The notes under the pieces were generated by a model that ran no database searches, had not been told where the DNA came from, and worked only from the letters and a program-made list of their open reading frames with translations. Source: Candidatus Hydrogenedentota bacterium (GTDB lineage: Bacteria > Hydrogenedentota > Hydrogenedentia > Hydrogenedentales > SLHB01). Taken from it: a DNA stretch of 15,447 nucleotides. Each line of letters opens with the position of its first letter. Position 1 is the stretch's first letter. The position numbers and the translations under genes are program-made. Below, in pieces: positions 1 to 7,578 of the stretch. The DNA lies in contig BTVY01000081.1 in NCBI GenBank assembly GCA_045863335.1, positions 1-15,447 of the forward strand, written 5' to 3'.

Positions 1-53
1 AAGAGGACATTTCTAATGAGTTCAAAAGAGGACATTATCAGCAAGTTTTGACA
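1..53. mobile_element. Terminal end of an insertion sequence (ISNCY/IS1202- or IS481-like); transposase would lie upstream of the window
   Basis: AAGAGGACATT is directly repeated at 1-11 and 26-36, and the segment ends in ...GTTTTGACA (53), i.e. 5'-TGT terminus on the minus strand. AT-rich relative to the flank. Repeated GGACATT sub-terminal boxes plus a TGT end are characteristic of these IS ends. Family assignment is from recall. Confidence 0.7.
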
Positions 54-151
54 TTCTACCGTGCTATTCGAGCACGTAATGACTGAGATTGCCGGTCGAA
101 CCCACACACGATGGGCCGGATAGAGATCATTCCCGTCCTACTTGGTCGCGT

Positions 152-871
152 CTACGCGGCGCTTTCTTTCGAAACTTTGCGCATCCGAAGGTTGAGCATT
201 TCCACGAAGAGGGAGAAGCCCATGGCGAAGTAGATATAGCCTTTCTCGATGTGCCGTCCGAAGCCTTCGGCGAGGAGCATGACGCCGATGAGGAGCAGGA
301 ACGAGAGGGCGAGCATCTTGATGGTGGGATGGCGCTCCACGAAACGGCTCACCGATCCCGCGAAGACCATCATGATGCCGATGGCGATGACGACGGCGGC
401 AATCATGATGGGTATGTGTTCCACCATGCCGACGGCGGTAATGACTGAATCCAGGGAGAACACGATGTCGAGCAGCATAATCTGGAAAATGACCGACGCG
501 AAGGATGCGGCTACCTTGGCCTTGGATTCGTGGTGGCCGCCTTCGATCTTGTCGTGAATCTCGAAGGTCGCCTTGCCAATGAGAAACAGCCCGCCCACGA
601 GCAGGATCAGGTCGCGTCCGGATACACCGTGTTCCAGGACGTCAAAGAGCGGTTTGGTCAATCCCATGATCCACGAAATGGCCAGGAGCAACAGGATCCG
701 CATGACCATCGCCAGCGCCAGGCCGATGCGCCGCGCTTTGTCCTGCTGGGAGGGATGAAGCTTCCCCGTAAGAATCGCGATGAACACGATGTTGTCGATG
801 CCCAGCACGATCTCGAGACTGGTCAACGTAACTAACGCGATAGCATTCTCAACGGTCAACAGTTCAGCCAC
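152..871 (-). CDS. TerC family integral membrane protein (YoaE/YegH-like membrane domain, no CBS domain)
   Basis: 239 aa, GTG start. Motifs LEIVLGIDN, GRDLILLVGGLFL, DIVFSLDSVITAVG, KGYIYFAMGFS; multiple TM helices. Confidence 0.93.
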   Translation of the reverse strand: MAELLTVENAIALVTLTSLEIVLGIDNIVFIAILTGKLHPSQQDKARRIGLALAMVMRILLLLAISWIMGLTKPLFDVLEHGVSGRDLILLVGGLFLIGKATFEIHDKIEGGHHESKAKVAASFASVIFQIMLLDIVFSLDSVITAVGMVEHIPIMIAAVVIAIGIMMVFAGSVSRFVERHPTIKMLALSFLLLIGVMLLAEGFGRHIEKGYIYFAMGFSLFVEMLNLRMRKVSKESAA

Positions 872-1027
872 GGTAGGGATCTCCGGTCGATGATTTGCGG
901 TGGTTCGGTCTCGCCCTGCAACGAGAATGACGAGAACGGTATCAAACCGGCCGCCTTAAGGTCTATCGGCAACCGAACTGCGCGCCCGGCGGCGTCCTGC
1001 GTCCAGGGTAATGCTAGAGCGCGCTAC

Positions 1028-1609
1028 TCAATCGCGGGACAAGGCCGGAGGGTCAAAATCCGCGAGCAATTCCGCCGTGGAGGAAACGAGATGTTTCACG
1101 GATTGGTCGCCGAGGTCTATCAGGTTTCCACCGCGCATGAACACCAGGCAGTTCGTGGCGACAATCACTTGATACCGTTGTGCCATCTTGAGTAAGCCTT
1201 GGTGGATGAAGACGCTGTTCTCATGATCCTGGCCAGTCTCGGGACTGTCGATGAGGACAATGGTTTCATCGGCATGGGATTGATGTCTCAGGCTATCCAG
1301 AACCGATTGCCCGTGGGACTGGAACATGGCGCGGATTCCCTGGACCATTTGCTCCCGGGACGAGAAGCTACCGCCGATAAGGGGATCAAGCGTTTCCGTG
1401 TTGACGTATTTAATCTTGTCGCTGTCGTTGGTCTTGTCGATCGCACACAGGGGGCAGGTCGCGATTGCGCGCAAGATGGTCGACTTGCCCGAGCCGTTCG
1501 GCCCCACCAGCACGTTATATCCAGGCTCGAACGCTACGCGGGGTCCGTAGAGGTCCAATCGGCGAACTTTGCTGGAGTGGTTAATACAGAGCGTAATCGA
1601 CCTGATCAT
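1028..1609 (-). CDS. Stand-alone ABC/AAA-type ATPase with degenerate Walker B and H-loop
   Basis: Walker A GPNGSGKST, signature-like SHGQ, Walker B IVLIDSPE, switch QVIVATN. Start placed at ATG 1609 (MIRSITL), after a purine-rich tract; the ORF track start 1651 overlaps the upstream ORF. Confidence 0.8.
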   Translation of the reverse strand: MIRSITLCINHSSKVRRLDLYGPRVAFEPGYNVLVGPNGSGKSTILRAIATCPLCAIDKTNDSDKIKYVNTETLDPLIGGSFSSREQMVQGIRAMFQSHGQSVLDSLRHQSHADETIVLIDSPETGQDHENSVFIHQGLLKMAQRYQVIVATNCLVFMRGGNLIDLGDQSVKHLVSSTAELLADFDPPALSRD

Positions 1610-1629
1610 CGTAACCAACTTTCTTCCGT

Positions 1630-1863
1630 TTATGTAAGTTGCGGAGAGCAACCAACCTTCTCAAAAAACAATCCGGCGAAGCCAGCCTCCCGCACAATCT
1701 CCGGCTCGGCGTGCGGATGGCTCCAAGCAGGTTCTCCGGGCTTCCAAAACAACGTGCTCGCGGCGCGGACCAATCGGAATCCCGCGTCACCAACCAGGTC
1801 TATCGTATCGGCCAATGTTCGGAAACGGGCGTGGCGATATACCGGGTCGAATTCCTGGCCCAT
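1630..1863 (-). pseudogene. C-terminal remnant of a class I SAM-dependent methyltransferase (or small hypothetical protein)
   Basis: DPVYRHARFRT...DAGFRLVRAASTLF...AGFAGL resembles the C-terminus of Methyltransf_11 proteins (HPxYRHARFY..AGF..STLF). There is no SAM-binding motif I, and an in-frame stop lies 9 codons upstream of the ATG. Confidence 0.55.
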
Positions 1864-1998
1864 GCGATGCCCCTCCCGGCCGCCAACAGATCAGACTGTC
1901 ACGAGGTGGTCCGAGTTGCTCCTTGGATTGCCAATACAGGTTCTCGCGGGGTCGCCGTTCACGCGGTTTGACGCGGAACGGTGAACTTCGCGATAGCT

Positions 1999-3183
1999 TC
2001 ACCCTGCTTTCGAGCCGGTACCAGGAACGAGACAGAGCGGCACGGTGGCAAATCCGCTGGCGGGATACACGGCATTCTCCGGCGCCTTGCCCCTCAGGAA
2101 GCAAATCTCAGTTGTACGGGCCAGCAGTTCCTCCAGGAAGACGCGTAGTTCGAGCTGCGCGAGGGGCGCACCCGGGCAAATGTGAATTCCCGCTCCCCAA
2201 AGAAGACTTTGCTCGCGGTCCCGGTCGAGGCAAAACGCGGAAGCGTTCTCGAAGGCATCTTCGTCACGGTTTGCCGCTATCCAATTGAGCGACACCCGAA
2301 CCCCGGCTTCAATCTTTCGTCCGCCGATCTCGACCGGTTTGGTGGTGATGCGCCGGTTGGACACGAGCGGTCCGCGGATGCGAAGTATCTCCTCAACCGC
2401 GGCGGGAATCGTCCCTGGCTGGTTGCGAAGCCGTTCCTGTATTTCCGAATGCTCCGCGAGAAACGCGGCGAGTATGCCGATCGAGCTGGCAAGTGTCCCG
2501 ATCTCTCCCGCAGTCCAATTGCGCAGAACGCTGGCAATCTCGTCCTTGGTCAACGGCCGCCCCTGAACCATCTCATCCATTAACGACGCGGTGACATCCG
2601 TGTCCGGACCGGTGCCGGATTGCAGGCGCGCCTCGATCTGTTCGTCAACAATCGCGGTAAACTCCTGCGCAACAGCCGAAGTTGCCTGCCGGTCGTTCTT
2701 CAGAGTGGCTTCCTGGTTTCGACGCATCCACGAGACGAGCTGCCCGTGCAAGGCCTCGGGCCAGCCGAGGAAAGCACATTGGCATTGCACCGCAAACGGC
2801 AGCGCCAGACCTTGCATGATCTCGAGTTCGCGCAATGCCAACGCCTCTTTCAGGAGTCCGGACGCGATCGCCCGGCATGCCGGTTCGAAGGCGGACATGC
2901 GGGCTCCAGAGAAGTAGGGTTCAATGATGCGGCGGTATGCCGTGTGCTGCGGCGGGTCCATTCCACTGGGTACATTCAGATGCTGTGACACCGCGTTGCT
3001 GAAGGTTTCGTGATCGTGCAGCGCGCGGATAACGTCCGCGTGGCGAAACAATGTCCACCCCATGCGATCGTTGTACGCCACCGGGCAGCGTTCGCGCATC
3101 GCATCGTACGCAGCGGATTGGTCCTGGAGCACCTCCGGCGAAGTCGGGTCCCAGTCTGGTTGAACGTCATCGGGTCTAGTCAT
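1999..3183 (-). CDS. Cytochrome P450
   Basis: MDPPQHTAYR, K-helix EEILR (ExxR), AANRD, heme-thiolate motif WGAGIHICPG. Start set at ATG 3183 (MTRPDD); the longer ORF overlaps the upstream gene. Confidence 0.95.
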   Translation of the reverse strand: MTRPDDVQPDWDPTSPEVLQDQSAAYDAMRERCPVAYNDRMGWTLFRHADVIRALHDHETFSNAVSQHLNVPSGMDPPQHTAYRRIIEPYFSGARMSAFEPACRAIASGLLKEALALRELEIMQGLALPFAVQCQCAFLGWPEALHGQLVSWMRRNQEATLKNDRQATSAVAQEFTAIVDEQIEARLQSGTGPDTDVTASLMDEMVQGRPLTKDEIASVLRNWTAGEIGTLASSIGILAAFLAEHSEIQERLRNQPGTIPAAVEEILRIRGPLVSNRRITTKPVEIGGRKIEAGVRVSLNWIAANRDEDAFENASAFCLDRDREQSLLWGAGIHICPGAPLAQLELRVFLEELLARTTEICFLRGKAPENAVYPASGFATVPLCLVPGTGSKAG

Positions 3184-3202
3184 AATCGCGTTTCCGTGAT
3201 TG

Positions 3203-3242
3203 GCGCGCAGGTCCCGCCGAGTACGGAGCGAGACCTGTGCGC
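3203..3242. repeat. Intercistronic 15-bp imperfect inverted repeat (stem-loop, REP-like)
   Basis: GCGCGCAGGTCCCGC (3203-3217) pairs with GCGAGACCTGTGCGC (3228-3242), with 13/15 Watson-Crick pairs and a 10-nt loop. No U-tract. Confidence 0.6.
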
Positions 3243-3275
3243 AGTCCAGGCTTGTTTCGGCCGGAACCGCCGTCG

Positions 3276-3854
3276 TCAACCGGCCGCGTTCCGCAACAAC
3301 CATCCATAGTGATAGGGCGGCAGGTCAATCTTATCGTTCGTCTCACAGACAAAACCTGCCTCCTCCGCCCAGGCGCGGCACTGTTCCGGCCGGGGCCGAA
3401 TCTCCATGGAAGGCCCCCGCGGTGTCTCGGGGTCATAGTTCCAATGCATGATAGCAAGTTGTCCCCCGGACGTGAGTATGCGCCGCGCTTCACGCAGCAA
3501 CACCAGCGGTTCTTCCGCGTGCAAGATATTGAATAGCATGGCGTAGTCCACGGAGCCCGCGTCGAGCCCGGTGCCGTCGGCCACGAAATCCCGTTGATAG
3601 AACTGCGCGTTATGCACACCCTCGGCCGCCGCGCGGCGCCCGCACTCCGCAACCATTTCCGGCTCGATGTCGAAGCCATAGAGAGTGCCCTGGATGCGCC
3701 GGGCGGCAGGGATGGAAAAGGTCCCGTAGCCGCAGCCAAAATCTACCGCGTCCCGTACCAGGTTCTCGAGCCCGAGGGCCCGCAGAATCGTCTCCGGCTC
3801 GAAAAACGAGCGCCACATCTCCTCGTTCGGCATTCCGCTGTCCCGTGTCTTCAT
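3276..3854 (-). CDS. Class I SAM-dependent methyltransferase
   Basis: Motif I VDFGCGYG, YGFDIE, SVDYAMLFNILH, EARRILTSGG. Start at ATG 3854 (MKTRDSGMP), 14 nt after the permease stop, with GGGGA upstream. Confidence 0.92.
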   Translation of the reverse strand: MKTRDSGMPNEEMWRSFFEPETILRALGLENLVRDAVDFGCGYGTFSIPAARRIQGTLYGFDIEPEMVAECGRRAAAEGVHNAQFYQRDFVADGTGLDAGSVDYAMLFNILHAEEPLVLLREARRILTSGGQLAIMHWNYDPETPRGPSMEIRPRPEQCRAWAEEAGFVCETNDKIDLPPYHYGWLLRNAAG

Positions 3855-3868
3855 CGCAGTATCCCCGT

Positions 3869-5191
3869 CTATGGCGCACTGACGCGACGGGCCGCAGTAA
3901 ACCACACGAGGCCGAGTCCGATCATCATCAGACCGATGAACCAAATGCGCGGTTCCACCCAAAAAGCAAGGAATAGACACGAAGCCAGGCCGCCCCAGGC
4001 CCAGGCACGGGGGTACAAGCGGTGTTCGGGTGGGAGCCGGAGCGCGGCGAAGTTGGTGATGGCGTAGTAGACGAGCACCGTGAAGGCGCTGAAGGACCAG
4101 GTGGTCTTGACGTCTCCCAACAGGCACAACGCGCCTACGGCAATACCGATGACCCAGACGGCAACGTACGGGGTGTTTTTGGTTTGATTGATTCTGGACA
4201 ACGCGCCCGGAGCATCGCCGCGGCGGCCCATGGCGAGAAGCACCCGCGACAGGCCGAGAATGAGATTGAGCAACACTCCAAGCATCGCCGTCACAGCGCC
4301 CAGCGCGACGATCCAGGCGCCGCCCGGGATACGGCCAAACTCGCGCGCGATGATCTCCAGTGGCGCGGCGGCCTTGGCCGTGCTTTGTGCAAGCACTTCG
4401 GACCCTGCCGCACCGACCGCGGCGAGGGCGACGAGGATGTAGAGGGAGGCCGATACCACGAGCGTTGTGACTATCGCGCGGGGGATAGTCTTGCGTGGTT
4501 CCTTCACTTCTTCACCGAGCGTCGCGATGCGGCCATAACCCGTGTACGCGACGAACATGAGCGCGGTCGCGTGCAGCAGCGATTTCGTTGTGGTCCAGCC
4601 TTCGCCGGACTCGGACCTGAAGAAGGGCGTCAAGTTCGCACTTCCCTTGGCCATGGCTGCCGGTAGAACCGTCGCGACGAATGCCAGCAGCGCGACGACG
4701 GTCAATCCCACGATCGCCACGTTCGCCCGATTGGACCGGGTCACCCCGCCGGCGGCGATGGCGGTCAAGACTGCGACCGCAACGACGGCCAACACAATCC
4801 GGCTTGCCTCGCCGGACATGCCAGCTGCATTCAGAACGTACCCGGCGAAACCGAGACCGGCCGTCGCAGCCGAGGCGCTCTTCGCGCACAGAAACATCCA
4901 GCCTGCTGTGAAGCCGAGCCGGGGTGTCAGAAACTGGTAACCATACTCATAGGTTCCGCCGCTGATCGGATGTGCGGCGGCAAGCTGGGCGCTGCTGAGG
5001 GCGTTGCAGGTCGCCACCAGTGCGGCCAGAGCCGTCGCCAGGATTACCGATGGACCTGCGACTCCCGCCGCGATGGCGAGGCTCACGAACACACCCGTGC
5101 CCAGGATGGATCCCAGCCCCATGAGCGTCGCGCCAAACACGCCTATCTCACGTTGAAGCACCGAATCGCTCACCCATCGCGGTTGTGACAT
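3869..5191 (-). CDS. APC family amino acid/polyamine permease
   Basis: 440 aa, about 12 TM segments. TM1 GSILGTGVF, SGGTYEY, TM6 FVAYTGYG, EEVKEPRKTIPRAI, TPYVA. ATG overlaps the upstream stop (TGATG). Confidence 0.93.
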   Translation of the reverse strand: MSQPRWVSDSVLQREIGVFGATLMGLGSILGTGVFVSLAIAAGVAGPSVILATALAALVATCNALSSAQLAAAHPISGGTYEYGYQFLTPRLGFTAGWMFLCAKSASAATAGLGFAGYVLNAAGMSGEASRIVLAVVAVAVLTAIAAGGVTRSNRANVAIVGLTVVALLAFVATVLPAAMAKGSANLTPFFRSESGEGWTTTKSLLHATALMFVAYTGYGRIATLGEEVKEPRKTIPRAIVTTLVVSASLYILVALAAVGAAGSEVLAQSTAKAAAPLEIIAREFGRIPGGAWIVALGAVTAMLGVLLNLILGLSRVLLAMGRRGDAPGALSRINQTKNTPYVAVWVIGIAVGALCLLGDVKTTWSFSAFTVLVYYAITNFAALRLPPEHRLYPRAWAWGGLASCLFLAFWVEPRIWFIGLMMIGLGLVWFTAARRVSAP

Positions 5192-5997
5192 CAGGGTTGC
5201 GTCTCCTTTCGCATGTGAATTGTGCCCTCGGCTTTTTGGCCCAAGAGCTCGTGACTAAAATCTATCTCCGCGGTCAATGACATTCCGGTCTTCACCTCGA
5301 GTTCTGTCTGCGCCGATAGTTTGACATCTGGTTGTACGATTCGGAGCGTGTAGTGCCCCGGTGGAATGCGTTCGATTTTGAATTGGCCGGCGTCGTCCGT
5401 CACATCGAACCAGGGGTGGTCAAACACGTAAATCCAACCACTCATCCAAGGGTGAATGTCGCAGGACAATCGGATTGGACCGCCGGCCGGTTCTTCCTTG
5501 AGGACGCGTTCGTATGCGCCGTCAGCGGGCGTCATGACATTGAACGCGTTAAAGCTGTTTAGAGCCGTGGCGCGCACATTGTGATTGGCGTAATCCTGAT
5601 TCCCAATCGCAACCGTTTGACCGGGGCGGACACCGACAACGCGAGGGTGGAACTCGTAGTCAACTTGTTCGATGGTGACCTTCGCGAGATCGTCGACATC
5701 GCCGGTTACCGGCGGCGTCTGACCATCCGTCAAGGCGAGATAGACCATGGCATAGGCGAGACCGCCATTGGACGGGTTGACCGAGAGCTTCGCCCTGTGC
5801 TTGCCCTCGTTGTCGGCAAGCTTTGCCGTTGGTATCGCGCCGGTGTAGCGAACCACTCCGGATATGGTTGCGCCCTCTTGCGTGTCTGCGTCGACCGCTA
5901 CTCCCAGGACGAGTCCTAAAGACACACCACACATAAAGCGAATCCACGAGGCCATCGCCGGAGCCGTCACACCAGTCTGCACGGACACTCTCCTCAC
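5191..5997 (-). CDS. Secreted cupredoxin-like protein with C-terminal carboxypeptidase-regulatory-like beta-sandwich
   Basis: N-terminal hydrophobic signal; FHPRVVGV..G..V.IGN.D...HNV, and CDIHPWM (His + Cys-x2-His-x2-Met); then TDDAGQFKIERIPPGHYTL. Start is GTG 5997 or ATG 5955. Confidence 0.8.
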   Translation of the reverse strand: MRRVSVQTGVTAPAMASWIRFMCGVSLGLVLGVAVDADTQEGATISGVVRYTGAIPTAKLADNEGKHRAKLSVNPSNGGLAYAMVYLALTDGQTPPVTGDVDDLAKVTIEQVDYEFHPRVVGVRPGQTVAIGNQDYANHNVRATALNSFNAFNVMTPADGAYERVLKEEPAGGPIRLSCDIHPWMSGWIYVFDHPWFDVTDDAGQFKIERIPPGHYTLRIVQPDVKLSAQTELEVKTGMSLTAEIDFSHELLGQKAEGTIHMRKETQP

Positions 5998-6018
5998 ATT
6001 TCGGTCTGCCGAACCCGT

Positions 6019-6495
6019 TTATGAGCGCTCGCGAGTCCAAATCCGGTCTAGCGACCAACGGCCTCCGCCAACGAGCAGGAGGAACCAAGCCCCCAGCAGC
6101 ATGGCGAAGTCAGTGCGCATTTCATGGGCCATGCTCCAGAAACCGTAGCGGGACAGTTCGCGCACGTGAAATCCCCAGAGGTCGTGGCCCAGCAGGATAG
6201 GGATCTTGGTCGTCACGATGGCGACCACCATGATCGCGATCAGCGGCACCGCCGCCAGCCGCGTGAGTAGACCGATCAAAACGAGAATCCCGCACAGGAT
6301 TTCAAAGCCACCCACGAGCGGCGCAATGAATGCCGCGTTGTCGAAGCCCATCTTCTCAAACCGTCCCACGCCGAGCGATTCGGCATACAGGAATTTCTGT
6401 ATCCCTTCCGACAGGAACACCGCGCCGACGGCAACACGAACGAGAATCGTGGCTGCGGGGGAGCGACTCGACATGAGTAGTTTCAGTCTTGCCAT
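6019..6495 (-). CDS. DoxX family membrane protein
   Basis: ILVRVAVGAVFLSEGIQKF, EILCGILVLIGLLTRLAA, GGGRWSLD. RBS GGGAG upstream of the ATG. Confidence 0.92.
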   Translation of the reverse strand: MARLKLLMSSRSPAATILVRVAVGAVFLSEGIQKFLYAESLGVGRFEKMGFDNAAFIAPLVGGFEILCGILVLIGLLTRLAAVPLIAIMVVAIVTTKIPILLGHDLWGFHVRELSRYGFWSMAHEMRTDFAMLLGAWFLLLVGGGRWSLDRIWTRERS

Positions 6496-6527
6496 GGTTG
6501 ATCTCCCGATGGAGTTTCTCGGTCAGC

Positions 6528-7112
6528 TCATTTGGGCCACGCTGCATGGGGATCGAAGTTTAGGATTCGCTCGGCAGGTTCGCCCGGAATGTGGGGGTGC
6601 AGGAACGGCTTATCCGAGGCCTTGTGGCAAGCGTAGCATCCCTCGATCGTTTGACGATAGGCGGCCTCAAAGGCTGCGCCGTCCGTCGCTTTAATCGCGT
6701 CATCCACGGATACAAGCAACGTATTGTCAACCGCTTCCAGTATCGCGCGGAGATCGACGTCGCCAGCTTGGGTCTTTCGTACTGGGATGATATTCACGGC
6801 CCACTTCAAGTGGGACCGCGTTTCCGCCAAATAAAACGCGGCCAACGGCCAGTTTTCCTCGCGGGCAGCAAACCAGAGATTCGTAAAGTGAAATCCCACA
6901 TCCTGCATCGCGTGCGCCTGGTCGGGAACCAAGGCTTTCAGCCGCTCGACTTCCGCGCGCAACTCGTCTATTTCCGGTGTAGACGAATCCTGCGCGGATA
7001 CTGCGCGCATGCCCGATGCCGATACAAAGAGAAGGCAGCCTACCGCCACCACAACTAGCAACGCAGGAATGAACGGTACACGGATACAATAAAAGGTTCC
7101 AAGCCACCTCAT
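6528..7112 (-). CDS. Exported monoheme c-type cytochrome (cytochrome c'-like helical, C-terminal CxxCH)
   Basis: N-terminal hydrophobic/signal region, short coiled coil (IDELRAEVERLK), predicted helical body, single CYACH (6624-6638) near the C-terminus. RBS AAAGGAG upstream. Confidence 0.75.
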   Translation of the reverse strand: MRWLGTFYCIRVPFIPALLVVVAVGCLLFVSASGMRAVSAQDSSTPEIDELRAEVERLKALVPDQAHAMQDVGFHFTNLWFAAREENWPLAAFYLAETRSHLKWAVNIIPVRKTQAGDVDLRAILEAVDNTLLVSVDDAIKATDGAAFEAAYRQTIEGCYACHKASDKPFLHPHIPGEPAERILNFDPHAAWPK

Positions 7113-7222
7113 GATAGTTCTCCTTTGTCACCAGGAATTTCGTTGCGGATCGTGGAAGAGCCGCCGCGATTTGTAGTTACGCGTGGGAGCCGATTATCGT
7201 TCTCGGCCCGGGGTTGCCTTTT

Positions 7223-7564
7223 CTATTGCCGGTTGCGACGAGCCGGGTCGGGCTTGACTTCCTTTACGAGTTCAGCCATCTGCTCGCGCACCGCCGCGAG
7301 CACTTCCGAGCCAAGCGGGGTAATCCGATACAGCTTTCGCGCGCGCGAGCCATTCCCATCTTGCTCTACGGACAGCCACCCGTGGTCCACCATACGCTTC
7401 AGCAATGGGTACAAAGTACCGGGACTGACGTCGTACCCGTGGGATCGAAGCTCCTTCATCATCCAATTGCCGACGATAGGTTCCTCGCTCGCGTGGTGGA
7501 GGATGTGCACCTTCCAGAATGCGAGCAGGATTTCCCGATGAACTACATGCCATTGAACTATCAT
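7223..7564 (-). CDS. PadR family transcriptional regulator
   Basis: HILHHA..PIVG..MMKEL..HGYDVSPGTLYPLLKRM...GWL...RKLYRITPLG winged helix. Start set at ATG 7564 (113 aa), 7 nt downstream of the -10 box. Confidence 0.93.
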   Translation of the reverse strand: MIVQWHVVHREILLAFWKVHILHHASEEPIVGNWMMKELRSHGYDVSPGTLYPLLKRMVDHGWLSVEQDGNGSRARKLYRITPLGSEVLAAVREQMAELVKEVKPDPARRNRQ

Positions 7565-7578
7565 TACGATAATCGTAA
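7564..7578. promoter_or_regulatory. Putative PadR operator (perfect palindrome)
   Basis: TTACGAT-A-ATCGTAA overlaps the -10 box and the first base of the padR ATG. Confidence 0.7.

Noticed and set aside
1-60. Possible CRISPR repeat or dif/Xer site next to the IS end
   Set aside because: Only two 11-bp copies with a 14-bp gap, too short for CRISPR; no XerC/XerD consensus (e.g. TTATGTTAAAT) in the flank.
89-448. His/Asp/Glu-rich 119-aa plus-strand ORF that looks like a metal-binding protein
   Set aside because: It is the antisense shadow of hydrophobic terC codons (GTG/ATG/ATC/GTC read as His/Asp on the other strand).
3184-4127. N-terminal extensions of the P450 (to 3303) and methyltransferase (to 4127); likewise GT2 (to 9694) and PadR (to 7627)
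   Set aside because: They overlap upstream genes or promoter elements; family similarity and RBS/promoter positions favour the shorter starts.
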